Source of the DNA: Fidelibacterota bacterium | GTDB taxonomy: Bacteria > Fidelibacterota > UBA8477 > JABMPR01 | DNA length: 34,334 nucleotides | Direction: 5' to 3' | NCBI GenBank assembly: GCA_029939675.1 | Contig: JAOZSM010000005.1 | Location: forward strand, 1-34,334 | Shown here: positions 1-8,621 of the stretch, in pieces | Layout of the letters: the number at the start of each line of letters is the position of its first letter | How positions within the stretch are numbered: the stretch's first letter is position 1 | The notes under the pieces: generated by a model | What the model was told of the DNA's origin: nothing | Database searches by the model: none | Seen by the model: the letters and a program-made list of their open reading frames with translations, nothing else | Made by a program: the position numbers and the translations under genes

Positions 1-30
1 AGTCACGGGTGCTGATTTTTCTTTCGGCAT
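1..30 (-). CDS. fliG: Probable 5' end of flagellar motor switch protein FliG, truncated by the window edge
   Basis: An ATG at 30..28 sits 1 nt after the fliF stop (TGA, 34..32; the minus strand reads TGAGATG). It opens the frame MPKEKSAPVT, which runs off the window. fliG normally follows fliF. Only 10 codons are visible, so this is a positional inference. Confidence 0.3.
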   Translation of the reverse strand, partial: MPKEKSAPVT

Positions 31-31
31 C

Positions 32-1687
32 TCAGGTCGACCTATGTTGGGGTGTCATCCAGGTGCGCAGGAGTTTTGCAGTATCTTCAGGATTGTCCTT
101 GGAATACTCAACCACTTCTGCAGTCATCTTATCTTTGGCTTGTAATTTTGCACGTGCTTCCGGTGAGAGCTTTGACATGAAAACATCTGAATCAATATCT
201 ACATCTGGCAATGATCGGGCAATTGGTCCACCTTCAGCATCGATCGCAGCTACTCCAGGGCTTTGTGGAAGACCAGTTCGGGGATTAATTCCGCTGGGTA
301 ATGCTTCAGAGCTTGAGCCTCCATCAATCAGTACCGGCAATTCTATTTCATTGCTGACTGATTTCAGAAGTCCCCTGACAACCAGAAAAGCGACCAGGAT
401 ACCCAGGACCATCAGACCCTTGTTGATCAAGCTGGCCTGCAGCTCCTGATCAGCTAGCTCTTCAAAATATTCCCGATCATCTTCAACCAGACTCTTGTCA
501 AATTGAATATTCTGGACTTCGACAACATCTCCCCGCTCCGCTGAATAACCTACAGCACTCTTCACCAGGGCAGCAATTTGATTCAGATCCTGTTTACTGC
601 GCGGTACATAGACTCTTTCTGTTTCACCTGCGGCATTTTGGGAATCCTGGAAACTTCCATTTACCAGCACAGCAACCGTCTGTTTAGTAATGACTCCAGT
701 GTTGGCAACAAAATGTTCAACCGTTTTATTCAGTTCATAATTGGTGACAACATTCTCGTTTTCAAGGCTGGTATTGATATTATTCAGTGTGTCAATATTT
801 GTAGATGATTCAGCTTGGCGTTCTTCACTCACTACAACTACATTCTCTGGATCATAATACTCCTGAGTACGCTCTAATTGCTCAAAATTCATATCAACTG
901 ACACTTCAATCATGGAATTTTGGGGACCGACAATACCTTCCAGAAGATGCTGGACCTTGGCTTCGAGCTTCCTTTCAATAGTATGTCTGAGTTCCCACTG
1001 ACTGCTGGAAGCCCCCATGACCACCTCTTCATTCTGACCATCAGAAAGCAGATTTCCCTGGGTATCTACAACAACAACAGCATTGGCATCCAAGCCCTCG
1101 ACGCTGTTAGCAACCAGAGCAGCAATTCCTTTGACCTGACTCTCACCAACATATCTGCCTGGAGTTAAGCTCAAGACGATAGAGGCTGTGGCAGCTTCTC
1201 CCTTTTCAAAAAGTCGACCTTCGGGCATGACCAGATGAACTCGGCTATTTTGAACCCCGGGGAATTGATTGATGGTCTTTATCAGCTCACCTTCTAAAGC
1301 ACGGCGCATATTCAGTTGCTGCATAAAACTGGTCATTCCCAGTTTCTGGTCATCAAATAATTCATAGCCTGAAACAGATTGGCCAACATAACCGGCTTCA
1401 ACAAATCTCAAGCGGAGCTCTGAGGCATCTTCCTTGGGAACCAGAATAGTTGAACCGCCATTTTCAATCTCATAGCGAACCTTACTATTTTGGAGCTTAG
1501 CAATAATTTTACTGGCGTTTTTCGCATCAAGATCCGAATAGAGAATCACAAATTCAGGTCGATTCGCCCACAGGACCAGTGATATGGTAACGGAAAGCAG
1601 CAGTACAAATACTACTGCTAATACAGCACGCTGAGCTGGGCTGTATCGTCGAAATATATTTCCAAGGATGTTTAAAAGCTGGGTCAT
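32..1687 (-). CDS. fliF: Flagellar M-ring (MS-ring) protein FliF
   Basis: 551 aa. It has an N-terminal TM helix (AVLAVVFVLLLSVTISLVLW) and the typical FliF periplasmic region (YSDLD...A..I...L....V.Y....GG..I.VP). A second TM helix lies near residue 430 (LMVLGILVAFLVV). An AGGAG SD lies upstream. It follows fliE in the canonical order. Confidence 0.92.
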   Translation of the reverse strand: MTQLLNILGNIFRRYSPAQRAVLAVVFVLLLSVTISLVLWANRPEFVILYSDLDAKNASKIIAKLQNSKVRYEIENGGSTILVPKEDASELRLRFVEAGYVGQSVSGYELFDDQKLGMTSFMQQLNMRRALEGELIKTINQFPGVQNSRVHLVMPEGRLFEKGEAATASIVLSLTPGRYVGESQVKGIAALVANSVEGLDANAVVVVDTQGNLLSDGQNEEVVMGASSSQWELRHTIERKLEAKVQHLLEGIVGPQNSMIEVSVDMNFEQLERTQEYYDPENVVVVSEERQAESSTNIDTLNNINTSLENENVVTNYELNKTVEHFVANTGVITKQTVAVLVNGSFQDSQNAAGETERVYVPRSKQDLNQIAALVKSAVGYSAERGDVVEVQNIQFDKSLVEDDREYFEELADQELQASLINKGLMVLGILVAFLVVRGLLKSVSNEIELPVLIDGGSSSEALPSGINPRTGLPQSPGVAAIDAEGGPIARSLPDVDIDSDVFMSKLSPEARAKLQAKDKMTAEVVEYSKDNPEDTAKLLRTWMTPQHRST

Positions 1688-1707
1688 GTAGTATTACTCC
1701 TGAGGTC

Positions 1708-2025
1708 CTAAACCTGCATTCTTGAAATCTCTTGGTAAGATTCAAGTAATTTTGTTCTGATCTCGAGCATCAATTGAAAACTCAATTTAGATTCTTCCAT
1801 ACTCATCATGGCTTGAGCCAGGTTGTCCGATTTTCCTTCAATAACATTGGTAACCTGTTGCGCGGCTTCTTTGCTATTATCGTTGACGACATCTAAAAAA
1901 TCTGTAAGTGTATCACCAAAAGATTTGGTCGCTCCTACGGAAGTAGACTCAGGCTGGGACGGCTCGTTCTTACCAATGGTTTGAGTCCCCTGGATTGATT
2001 GAATCAATTCATATATTTGAGTCAT
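1708..2025 (-). CDS. fliE: Flagellar hook-basal body complex protein FliE
   Basis: 105 aa with a FliE-type C-terminus (AQAMMSMEESKLSFQLMLEIRTKLLESYQEISRMQV). It sits immediately upstream of fliF. Confidence 0.88.
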   Translation of the reverse strand: MTQIYELIQSIQGTQTIGKNEPSQPESTSVGATKSFGDTLTDFLDVVNDNSKEAAQQVTNVIEGKSDNLAQAMMSMEESKLSFQLMLEIRTKLLESYQEISRMQV

Positions 2026-2034
2026 AAAACCTTC

Positions 2035-2334
2035 CTAGCCAGCGACATCAAGTAGATGTCCCTTGTAAATTTGTGGACCATTATGTTTACCATAAAAACT
2101 TAAGTCATCTGGTTTTTCACTACCAAAAAGAACGTGTAAGGTAGCCATCTCAGGTCCAGACAAAACTGCATCACGGGCTGGAGCCACTTGCAGTTGTTCT
2201 TCTTTTTCGATAAGTGTTCGCAGGAAATTTGCTTCTTCATTCGCTGATGTTTCCGGACTCTGAGAACGATTTTGCTGATAAAGCTTATCAGCCTGCAAAT
2301 ATCCCGTGTTCGCTGCTTGTACTCTAATGTCCAT
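2035..2334 (-). CDS. Hypothetical 99-aa protein inserted between flgC and fliE
   Basis: The ORF is tightly packed. Its ATG lies 2 nt after the flgC stop and its stop lies 9 nt before the fliE ATG. I recognise no motif. The sequence is hydrophilic with no TM segment or signal peptide. Confidence 0.55.
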   Translation of the reverse strand: MDIRVQAANTGYLQADKLYQQNRSQSPETSANEEANFLRTLIEKEEQLQVAPARDAVLSGPEMATLHVLFGSEKPDDLSFYGKHNGPQIYKGHLLDVAG

Positions 2335-2336
2335 AC

Positions 2337-2834
2337 TTAGATCTCGAAGGTCCGTTTGGCCATGGTTTTGGAAGCTTTCATAACAGTAATATTGGCCTCG
2401 TAAGCTCTACTGGTTGCCATAAGATCAACCATTTCCTCGATGACATTCACATTGGGTAATTTCACATAACCATTTTCATCTGCTCGTGGATGGCTGGGAT
2501 CATGTACAACCTTATTACCAGAGACCTCAACCACATCATACATGTTTTCGGGTGTTGCAGAGAGATTCCCCTTGGCTGTTGATCCTGAACTGGCGCCAAG
2601 ATGTTTATCACTCGACCGGTTAAGTTTAAGGGACATTTTAGCACCAAAGCTGGTGGCATCTGCACTGCTTGCACTTTTCAGCAAGGCAACTTTTCGTTGA
2701 TACAATTTCCCGTTTTTATCTGGTAGCGCCTCAGCATTGGCGATGTTCTCAGAAATAACTTCCAGACGTTTCATTTGGGAGGCAATCCCACCATAAGTTT
2801 TTTTAAGTGCTGAAAATATGCCTTGAACTTCCAT
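2337..2834 (-). CDS. flgC: Flagellar basal-body rod protein FlgC
   Basis: 165 aa. The N-terminus has the rod-protein motif (ISENIANAEA). The C-terminus is FlgC-like (GYVKLPNVNVIEEMVDLMATSRAYEANITVMKASKTMAKRTFEI). Confidence 0.92.
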   Translation of the reverse strand: MEVQGIFSALKKTYGGIASQMKRLEVISENIANAEALPDKNGKLYQRKVALLKSASSADATSFGAKMSLKLNRSSDKHLGASSGSTAKGNLSATPENMYDVVEVSGNKVVHDPSHPRADENGYVKLPNVNVIEEMVDLMATSRAYEANITVMKASKTMAKRTFEI

Positions 2835-2845
2835 TATCCTGCCTC

Positions 2846-3238
2846 CTACCTATTCCGACCAACAATGGCAGCTGATAAACCTGAATAGCTCCGAGCCAAG
2901 GCACGGGTGACAAATTCATGTCGAATCTGGTTAACACTCAGATCGGTCATTTCGCGTGCCAGATCAACTTGCCCATCAGGGTTATTCTGAATTTCGCTTG
3001 ATCTACTTCCACTCCAACTGGAATGGGTGATATGTTTATCCCGACTGGTTTTTACTCCAGAACTATCAATAGCTGTCTTCAATTGCGCTGAAAAATCTGT
3101 ATTGATCCGTTTGTAGTTATCGGTGTTTGCATTGGCAATATTCTGCGCAATTGCCTCGTGCTGCTTACCGTAAAGATGAGTAGCCTGTTTTAGCAGGTTT
3201 CTATAGTCGGAATTGAGTAATTTTGTATCCATGGGCAC
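2846..3238 (-). CDS. flgB: Flagellar basal-body rod protein FlgB
   Basis: 130 aa with the rod motif IAQNIANANTDNYKR and a C-terminal LAREMTDLSVNQIRHEF. The track start at 3238 is a GTG; an in-frame ATG lies at 3232, so the exact start is uncertain. Confidence 0.88.
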   Translation of the reverse strand: MPMDTKLLNSDYRNLLKQATHLYGKQHEAIAQNIANANTDNYKRINTDFSAQLKTAIDSSGVKTSRDKHITHSSWSGSRSSEIQNNPDGQVDLAREMTDLSVNQIRHEFVTRALARSYSGLSAAIVGRNR

Positions 3239-3245
3239 CTAAATA

Positions 3246-3261
3246 TTCAATTGCTGTGCCA
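3246..3261 (-). promoter_or_regulatory. Sigma-54-like -24/-12 element (TGGCAC-N5-TTGA) upstream of flgB
   Basis: The minus strand reads TGGCACAGCAATTGAA. The -24 box is perfect, but the -12 box is TTGA instead of TTGC. It ends only 9-15 nt from the flgB start codons, which is too close for a normal leader. See the findings. Confidence 0.3.
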
Positions 3262-3463
3262 CCATTATTCCCGGTGCCTTAGCCCTCGCACCAATTCTAA
3301 CGTGGCTACACTTTTATTCTTATTTATCAACATGTTAGGTGACTTTATACAGTTAATAGTTGTTGGATAATCCGAGTCTTTCAGGCGGGATATACAGTAC
3401 TGGAGCGGAAAATATTGCCAAAGGGCGGTTAATTTGTACTGAATGTGTTCTGCGGCTTCAGCT

Positions 3464-3492
3464 AATAAAAAGTCCCAGACAATGCCGGGACT
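3464..3492 (-). terminator. Rho-independent terminator ending the che/regulator operon
   Basis: The minus strand reads AGTCCC-ggcattgtct-GGGACT followed by TTTTATT. It lies 30 nt downstream of the sigma-54 activator stop codon. Confidence 0.75.
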
Positions 3493-3522
3493 TTCGTAAG
3501 AATATAAAGTAGTTGATAATAT

Positions 3523-4893
3523 TTAATCGAGCTTCAACATATCCTGATTCATTTCATCGTAAAGATGCAATTTATTACGCAGAGTACGGACGCTAATACC
3601 CAGTAAATCAGCTGCCTGGGTTCGATTGTTTGCGGTTCGTTTCAAAGCGTTGTGGATCATTTGTTTCTCCATCTCAGCAATGGTTGTCACTGTTTTGATG
3701 GAACTGGCATCATCAACATTAAGGATCTCTGATTCCAGGTTGAAATGTTCCCTGGTAATCTGTTCATCCTCACCTGAGTAAAGGACTGCTCGCTCAATGA
3801 TGTTTTCTAGCTGGCGCACATTACCAGGCCAATCTTCCATTGTTATTGACTTTAAGGTATCCAGAGCGACTTCCTTGTGCTCATAGCGGTACTTAAGTTT
3901 AAACTTGGCCAGAAAATGATCCACCAGTAAAGGTATGTCAGAATTTCGTAATCTTAAGGGCGGCACTATAATAGGAAATACGTTCAAGCGATAATACAGA
4001 TCAGCTCTGAATTGTCCATTCCTGATCAGTTTATCCAGATCTTGATTAGATGTGGCTATCACTCGCACATCCACATCCAATTCCTGGGTATTACCGACCC
4101 GGGTTATAGTGTGATTCTGAAGTACTCTGAGTAATTTTGCTTGCATGTTAGGGGGAATTTCACTGATTTCATCCAAAAGCAAGGTTCCACCATCGGCTTC
4201 TTCAAACAGACCTTTATGCATTCTAATGGCATTGGTGAAGGAACCCTTTTCGTGACCAAACAAGGTGCTTTCAAACAATGATTCCGGGATGGCTGAACAG
4301 TTAATCTTCAAAAAGGGTTTATCTGACCGGTTACTTCCATCATGAATAGATTGAGCGATGAGTTCTTTGCCCGTCCCACTTTCGCCCTGAATAAATACGG
4401 CAGCATCACTTCGGGCAACTGTACTGATCTGAGAAAATACTCTAACCATCTCCACACTTTGACCGATGAGTCTAGTATATTTTCGATCATCAGATAATTT
4501 ACGCTTCAGCGTTTTATTTTCAGCTTTCAGGTCCTCATACTCAAAGTAGCGATTTACACGGGACTCTATCTGTGATATTGAAAAAGGTTTTGTTACAAAA
4601 TCAAAAGCACCCTTTTGGAGTGCGTCAACAGCTGTCTCAACAGTTCCATAAGCAGTAATAATTAAAAACCCCAGAGTCTCATCAACACTTCTAGCGGCAA
4701 CCATAAATTCAATACCGGTCATTCCCGGCATCATCAAATCAGAGATGACCAGATCAAACTGCTTTTCAGCAAGAATTGCCAGGGCAGATTTTCCATCTTT
4801 GGCAATGTCAACCTGGAACCCGGATGTAGAAAGCGTTTCATTCAGAATCGTTCTGAGACTCAGATCATCATCAACTACGAGTATTTTCTTCAT
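3523..4893 (-). CDS. Sigma-54-dependent response regulator (NtrC/FlrC/FleR-type: REC + AAA+ + Fis-type HTH)
   Basis: 456 aa. It has a receiver domain (VVDDD...DLVISDLMMPGMTG...KPF) and Walker A GESGTGKE. The sigma-54 contact loop is FGHEKGSFTNA, a variant of GAFTGA. Walker B is LLLDEI and the C-terminal HTH is NRTQAADLLGISVRTLRNKL. Confidence 0.9.
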   Translation of the reverse strand: MKKILVVDDDLSLRTILNETLSTSGFQVDIAKDGKSALAILAEKQFDLVISDLMMPGMTGIEFMVAARSVDETLGFLIITAYGTVETAVDALQKGAFDFVTKPFSISQIESRVNRYFEYEDLKAENKTLKRKLSDDRKYTRLIGQSVEMVRVFSQISTVARSDAAVFIQGESGTGKELIAQSIHDGSNRSDKPFLKINCSAIPESLFESTLFGHEKGSFTNAIRMHKGLFEEADGGTLLLDEISEIPPNMQAKLLRVLQNHTITRVGNTQELDVDVRVIATSNQDLDKLIRNGQFRADLYYRLNVFPIIVPPLRLRNSDIPLLVDHFLAKFKLKYRYEHKEVALDTLKSITMEDWPGNVRQLENIIERAVLYSGEDEQITREHFNLESEILNVDDASSIKTVTTIAEMEKQMIHNALKRTANNRTQAADLLGISVRTLRNKLHLYDEMNQDMLKLD

Positions 4894-4925
4894 TCTTTAC
4901 CCTTTGGATTATCTTCATGATAACT

Positions 4926-5513
4926 TTATTGTTTTAACCGCCCTTGTTGCTCAAGATAAATTTTGTGCGCATGGGCATGGGTCACTGTTTTTTTTAAGGT
5001 GACTACTCCAGTAGTCGGTCCATTTTTTTTCTGATCTTCCAGTTGTTGACGAAGATCAGCCACTTCCTGTTCCAACTGCGAGATTTTCTCTAAATGTGCA
5101 TGATTAGCTTTTTTTAGCTGATTACTATTGAGCGCCCGTTCAATAGAGGCAATTACCTGTTCCACAGAAAACGGCTTTATCAGGTAATCATGAATATTCT
5201 GCCTTAAACCTTTAATGGCACTGCTGATACCTGGATAGCCAGTCATAAGAATACTAATAACCTCAGGATACATTTCCCTGATCATTGAATTCAGCGTGAT
5301 CCCATCGCGATCAGGCAATTGGATATCGGATAAGAGGCAATCTATCTTAATTGCATTGGCAACGCGTAAAGCTTCAGCCACATCATAGGCTGTATGAACT
5401 TCATAACCTTGCTCGCTCAGTCCGTATTCAAATATTTCCACAATTGTTTTATCATCATCAACAAGAAGAATGGATAACGGAGTTCTTTCTAAAGTCATAA
5501 TACTCTTACTCAC
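4926..5513 (-). CDS. Response regulator: receiver domain plus C-terminal coiled-coil tail, with no recognisable output domain
   Basis: 195 aa with REC motifs (ILLVDDD, CLLSDIQLPDRDG, LIKPF). A heptad-like tail follows (HLEKISQLEQEVADLRQQLEDQKK). Its ATG overlaps the upstream stop by 4 nt. Confidence 0.8.
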   Translation of the reverse strand: MSKSIMTLERTPLSILLVDDDKTIVEIFEYGLSEQGYEVHTAYDVAEALRVANAIKIDCLLSDIQLPDRDGITLNSMIREMYPEVISILMTGYPGISSAIKGLRQNIHDYLIKPFSVEQVIASIERALNSNQLKKANHAHLEKISQLEQEVADLRQQLEDQKKNGPTTGVVTLKKTVTHAHAHKIYLEQQGRLKQ

Positions 5514-6895
5514 TGGTTAAACTTTATGTTGCTAGCATCATAAAACAAACGTGAACTCAACTTAATAGTAATCTTTTTAGCTGAATCAGCATCGAAGGGA
5601 TACGTTAAAATAGAATAGGCCATACTCAAGTTTGTTTTCGACTTAGATTCCAATTTTCCTGACTCCAATTCATTCCGAACATTGGCCAGATGATGGTCAA
5701 GTCCCACAGGATTTCCACCGGCTGCCAAAATTAGGAGTGTATCGATTCCAGCCCAGTGCAGGCGTTTGCCAGGGCCCAATTGATCAGCGATCTTATTTCT
5801 CCAGGCTTCACGTATGAGAGCGAAATCTGTATCATCTTCAGAAGCACCCGAGGCAACTAAACGGGCCATGGCGATGCTGATGGGTGTATCTGACTCGTCA
5901 CTGAGAGCCAGCTCTGCTTTGATCAGATTACGCATGGCTTGGGCGGGCTCATATTTTCTGGATTCCAGAATATCATTGGGTCGCTGCTTTTTTGCACCAA
6001 TTATAGGGGCGATCTGGGTGGCTAATATTTTTAAAAGGGTCAGTTCATCTTCATCATGATAGTGATGATCCTGATGCTCAATAATTACCAGGTAGCCTTC
6101 CAGTACACCTTGATATTTAATAGGCACAAAGATGATGCGACGACAGGCTTCAGGAAGGGTGATAGTTTTTCCATCCAGATCAAACTGCAGCCCAACATCA
6201 ACCAAGATTGTCGGTTCATCTGAAGTCAGGCTTTTTCCGTTAAAAAGGGAATCTTTTGAAAACTTAAAAAGTCGCTTAAAGACCTTCGCTGCTTTTCCGG
6301 CATAGTTTACTTTATAATCTGATCCATCTACACTACACTCACAGATCAGAGCTGTGTGGATATGCATGCTTTCTGCCAGAGTGTCAAACAGCATTTCAAC
6401 AGCATGCTTCTTTTCTCTCACCTGGTAGATAATATTACTAATATCATAGAACATGGTGATCTGAGCTAACATGTTACCGATCTTATCATGCAACACCTGA
6501 TTTTCCCTTCGCAACAGGAGCTGCTCCAGCGCATGGCCGAGGATGCTGTCTATTTCTTCTAACCGAAATGGTTTCTTAATATAATCATAGACTCCCTGTT
6601 GAACTGCATCAATCGCAGATTCAACAGAAGCATAACCGGTAAAGATGATGATCTGAGTATCAACTTTTTGACGACGAATCTCCTTGACCAGTTCCATTCC
6701 ATTAATACCGGGCATCATCAAGTCGGTAAAAACGATATCAAATGAGGTTTTCTGGATCAATTCAATGGCTTCAGCTGAATCACTAATTCCAGTAACATTG
6801 TACCCTTTTTCACCCAGAAAATTTAGAAGGATCGTCACAATCATCTCTTCGTCATCGACGATCAGGATTGAGATTGTATTATTTTTTATATCCAT
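5510..6895 (-). CDS. Response regulator with REC + GAF-like + degenerate GGDEF-like domains
   Basis: REC motifs are ILIVDDEE, VFTDLMMPGINGMEL and IKKPF. The middle region is GAF-like (FVPIKYQGVLEGYLVI...DELTLLKILATQIAPII). The C-terminus lines up with a GGDEF domain, but the signature reads HWAGIDTLLIL, so AGIDT replaces GGDEF. I placed the start at ATG 6895 (MDIKNN..) because it has a GAGAGG SD 7 nt upstream. The track ORF extends to 6937 and would overlap the upstream gene by 32 nt. Confidence 0.65.
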   Translation of the reverse strand: MDIKNNTISILIVDDEEMIVTILLNFLGEKGYNVTGISDSAEAIELIQKTSFDIVFTDLMMPGINGMELVKEIRRQKVDTQIIIFTGYASVESAIDAVQQGVYDYIKKPFRLEEIDSILGHALEQLLLRRENQVLHDKIGNMLAQITMFYDISNIIYQVREKKHAVEMLFDTLAESMHIHTALICECSVDGSDYKVNYAGKAAKVFKRLFKFSKDSLFNGKSLTSDEPTILVDVGLQFDLDGKTITLPEACRRIIFVPIKYQGVLEGYLVIIEHQDHHYHDEDELTLLKILATQIAPIIGAKKQRPNDILESRKYEPAQAMRNLIKAELALSDESDTPISIAMARLVASGASEDDTDFALIREAWRNKIADQLGPGKRLHWAGIDTLLILAAGGNPVGLDHHLANVRNELESGKLESKSKTNLSMAYSILTYPFDADSAKKITIKLSSRLFYDASNIKFNQ

Positions 6896-6905
6896 TGCAT
6901 ACCTC

Positions 6906-8306
6906 TCAAACCTTGGGTTCCACAAGTAAATCATCATCCCTGCGGTAAATAGTCACATGACCTTTGATAGACGCACTAAAATATTTCTTATGCCCAATTG
7001 TCACTGTAACCTTACGATATAATCTATCTCTGATCTTGACTGCGTATTCTGGAGATTGCACCTGGGTTTTCTGAGTTAATTGCTCAGTTTCTAGTCTTGC
7101 TTCCTCTACCCGGGCTCTGAATTTAATGATGGCTCCGTGCAATTTTGTGAGCTCTTTCTCCCTTTCAGTCGAAATCGTACCAAGTCGCTGTCTAAGCAAG
7201 TTCAGGAATTCCATCCGTTTCAGGAGTGAATCCAGTTTTTGATATTCTTCCGCCAACCTGATTTTGGATTGCCAAAGTTTAGATTCTTCCTCACCCATAT
7301 CGCTACGGGTCAGGACCATTTCAGTCAGAATGTTGCGTTCTGAACCAGCAATCAGGCATTCGATACCTTTTTCCGCAACTGTTTTGCCACCACGGAGCAA
7401 ACCCTCATTCTCAATGAGCATGATTCTGCCCCCGGATGTAATATTTGAATTGATGGCGTAGTGTTTAATAACCACGTCGTTTTTCACGCTAGCAGTAGCA
7501 TCTTGCATAAATCCACAATTTAAATCATCCCCTGCCAGTATCCTGGCTCGTTGTCTGCCCAAAACGCCATTTTGAATTATAATACTACCATTTTTTGAAT
7601 ATATCTCAGCTGCTTCTACACTCCCATGGATATAAATAGAGTCCGTGGCCTCAACCCGAAAGCCGGACCGTACATCTCCATCTACCATAACAGTTCCATT
7701 ATATTTCACATTCCCGGTACTGAAATCGACATCACCGTGGATGTGGTAAACATTATCTATGACAACTTCACCCCTTTTCATCAGGGCAACCCCGTCGATG
7801 GCTGCAAAAAGGGTCAATCCATCTGCAGAACACCAGGTATTCTTCCCTGTAGGAATACGCAATGGCGCAAGTTGATCTATTTCAAGGGCCTTTCCTGTTA
7901 CCGTTGAACCTGCTCTGGCAGGGCTTCCCGGTAACAGGGAAACAATTTCATCATTCTTGTTAACTGCTTTAAATTGATTTAGTATTTTATAATCAGCTTT
8001 ACCATCCACACTGATTTTGGGGCGATTCTTTTCAGCGATATCAATAGCCCAGACAAGCTCATCAGCTTTTCCGTCAATGATGTCTTCACCCTCGGCAATG
8101 ATGAGTTCATGGACGGGATCCTGATTTTCATGAACAATTTGTATGGTATGGTGATTAACACCAATTTTTACACCGGCGTCTGCCAGCGCCGTTTCAATTT
8201 CCGCCACTGTAGGGAATTCACTCCCCTGGCTACTGATCGACAGCAGAGCCGACATCTCATCACTTGAGATGGTAATGGTTATTCTGTCTGCTCTATAGAC
8301 TGTCAT
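6906..8306 (-). CDS. FapA-family protein (flagellar assembly protein A, DUF342)
   Basis: 466 aa. It shows the repetitive beta-helix pattern typical of DUF342 (GDVDFSTGNVKYNGTVMVDGDVRSGFRVEATDSIYIHGSVEAAEIYSKNGSIIIQNGV...). The motif GLLRGGKTVAEKGIECLIAGS follows, then a C-terminal coiled coil. Confidence 0.65.
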   Translation of the reverse strand: MTVYRADRITITISSDEMSALLSISSQGSEFPTVAEIETALADAGVKIGVNHHTIQIVHENQDPVHELIIAEGEDIIDGKADELVWAIDIAEKNRPKISVDGKADYKILNQFKAVNKNDEIVSLLPGSPARAGSTVTGKALEIDQLAPLRIPTGKNTWCSADGLTLFAAIDGVALMKRGEVVIDNVYHIHGDVDFSTGNVKYNGTVMVDGDVRSGFRVEATDSIYIHGSVEAAEIYSKNGSIIIQNGVLGRQRARILAGDDLNCGFMQDATASVKNDVVIKHYAINSNITSGGRIMLIENEGLLRGGKTVAEKGIECLIAGSERNILTEMVLTRSDMGEEESKLWQSKIRLAEEYQKLDSLLKRMEFLNLLRQRLGTISTEREKELTKLHGAIIKFRARVEEARLETEQLTQKTQVQSPEYAVKIRDRLYRKVTVTIGHKKYFSASIKGHVTIYRRDDDLLVEPKV

Positions 8307-8324
8307 TTCAGGTTTACAATCACT

Positions 8325-8588
8325 CTATTGATCTGAATATTGAAAGCGCAATTCAGAGCTTTTCCCACAGGAGCATTTATGAATCACACCAACGATCATA
8401 TCTCCCTCATAAATAGGCTGAAAAAATTCCACTCCCTCCCCGCTTGCCTCTTCGCGGGGGTCGAGATGAATCGTCCCTTTTACCCGGTTCCGAGTGCTTT
8501 TGATCACACCCTTTTTTTGACGCTTCTTGTGAATCAAGAACTGACTTTCATTATCATCAACTTCTATAAATTGGTCATCTTTTCCCAT
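8325..8588 (-). CDS. Hypothetical 87-aa protein
   Basis: The ORF lies in the operon between the CheZ-like gene and fapA. It has a basic stretch (HKKRQKKGVIKSTRNRVKG) followed about 20 aa later by EASGEG. This only faintly recalls the PilZ RxxxR...D/NxSxxG pattern and is not sufficient for a call. Confidence 0.4.
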   Translation of the reverse strand: MGKDDQFIEVDDNESQFLIHKKRQKKGVIKSTRNRVKGTIHLDPREEASGEGVEFFQPIYEGDMIVGVIHKCSCGKSSELRFQYSDQ

Positions 8589-8621
8589 ATTATCACCGAT
8601 TCCGATCTAAGTCAGATCCTG

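Noticed and set aside
6896-6937. Upstream extension of the REC-GAF protein ORF (MMIYLWNPRFERYA...)
   Set aside because: It overlaps the fapA 3' end by 32 nt and adds residues ahead of a typical receiver start. The ATG at 6895 has a GAGAGG SD.
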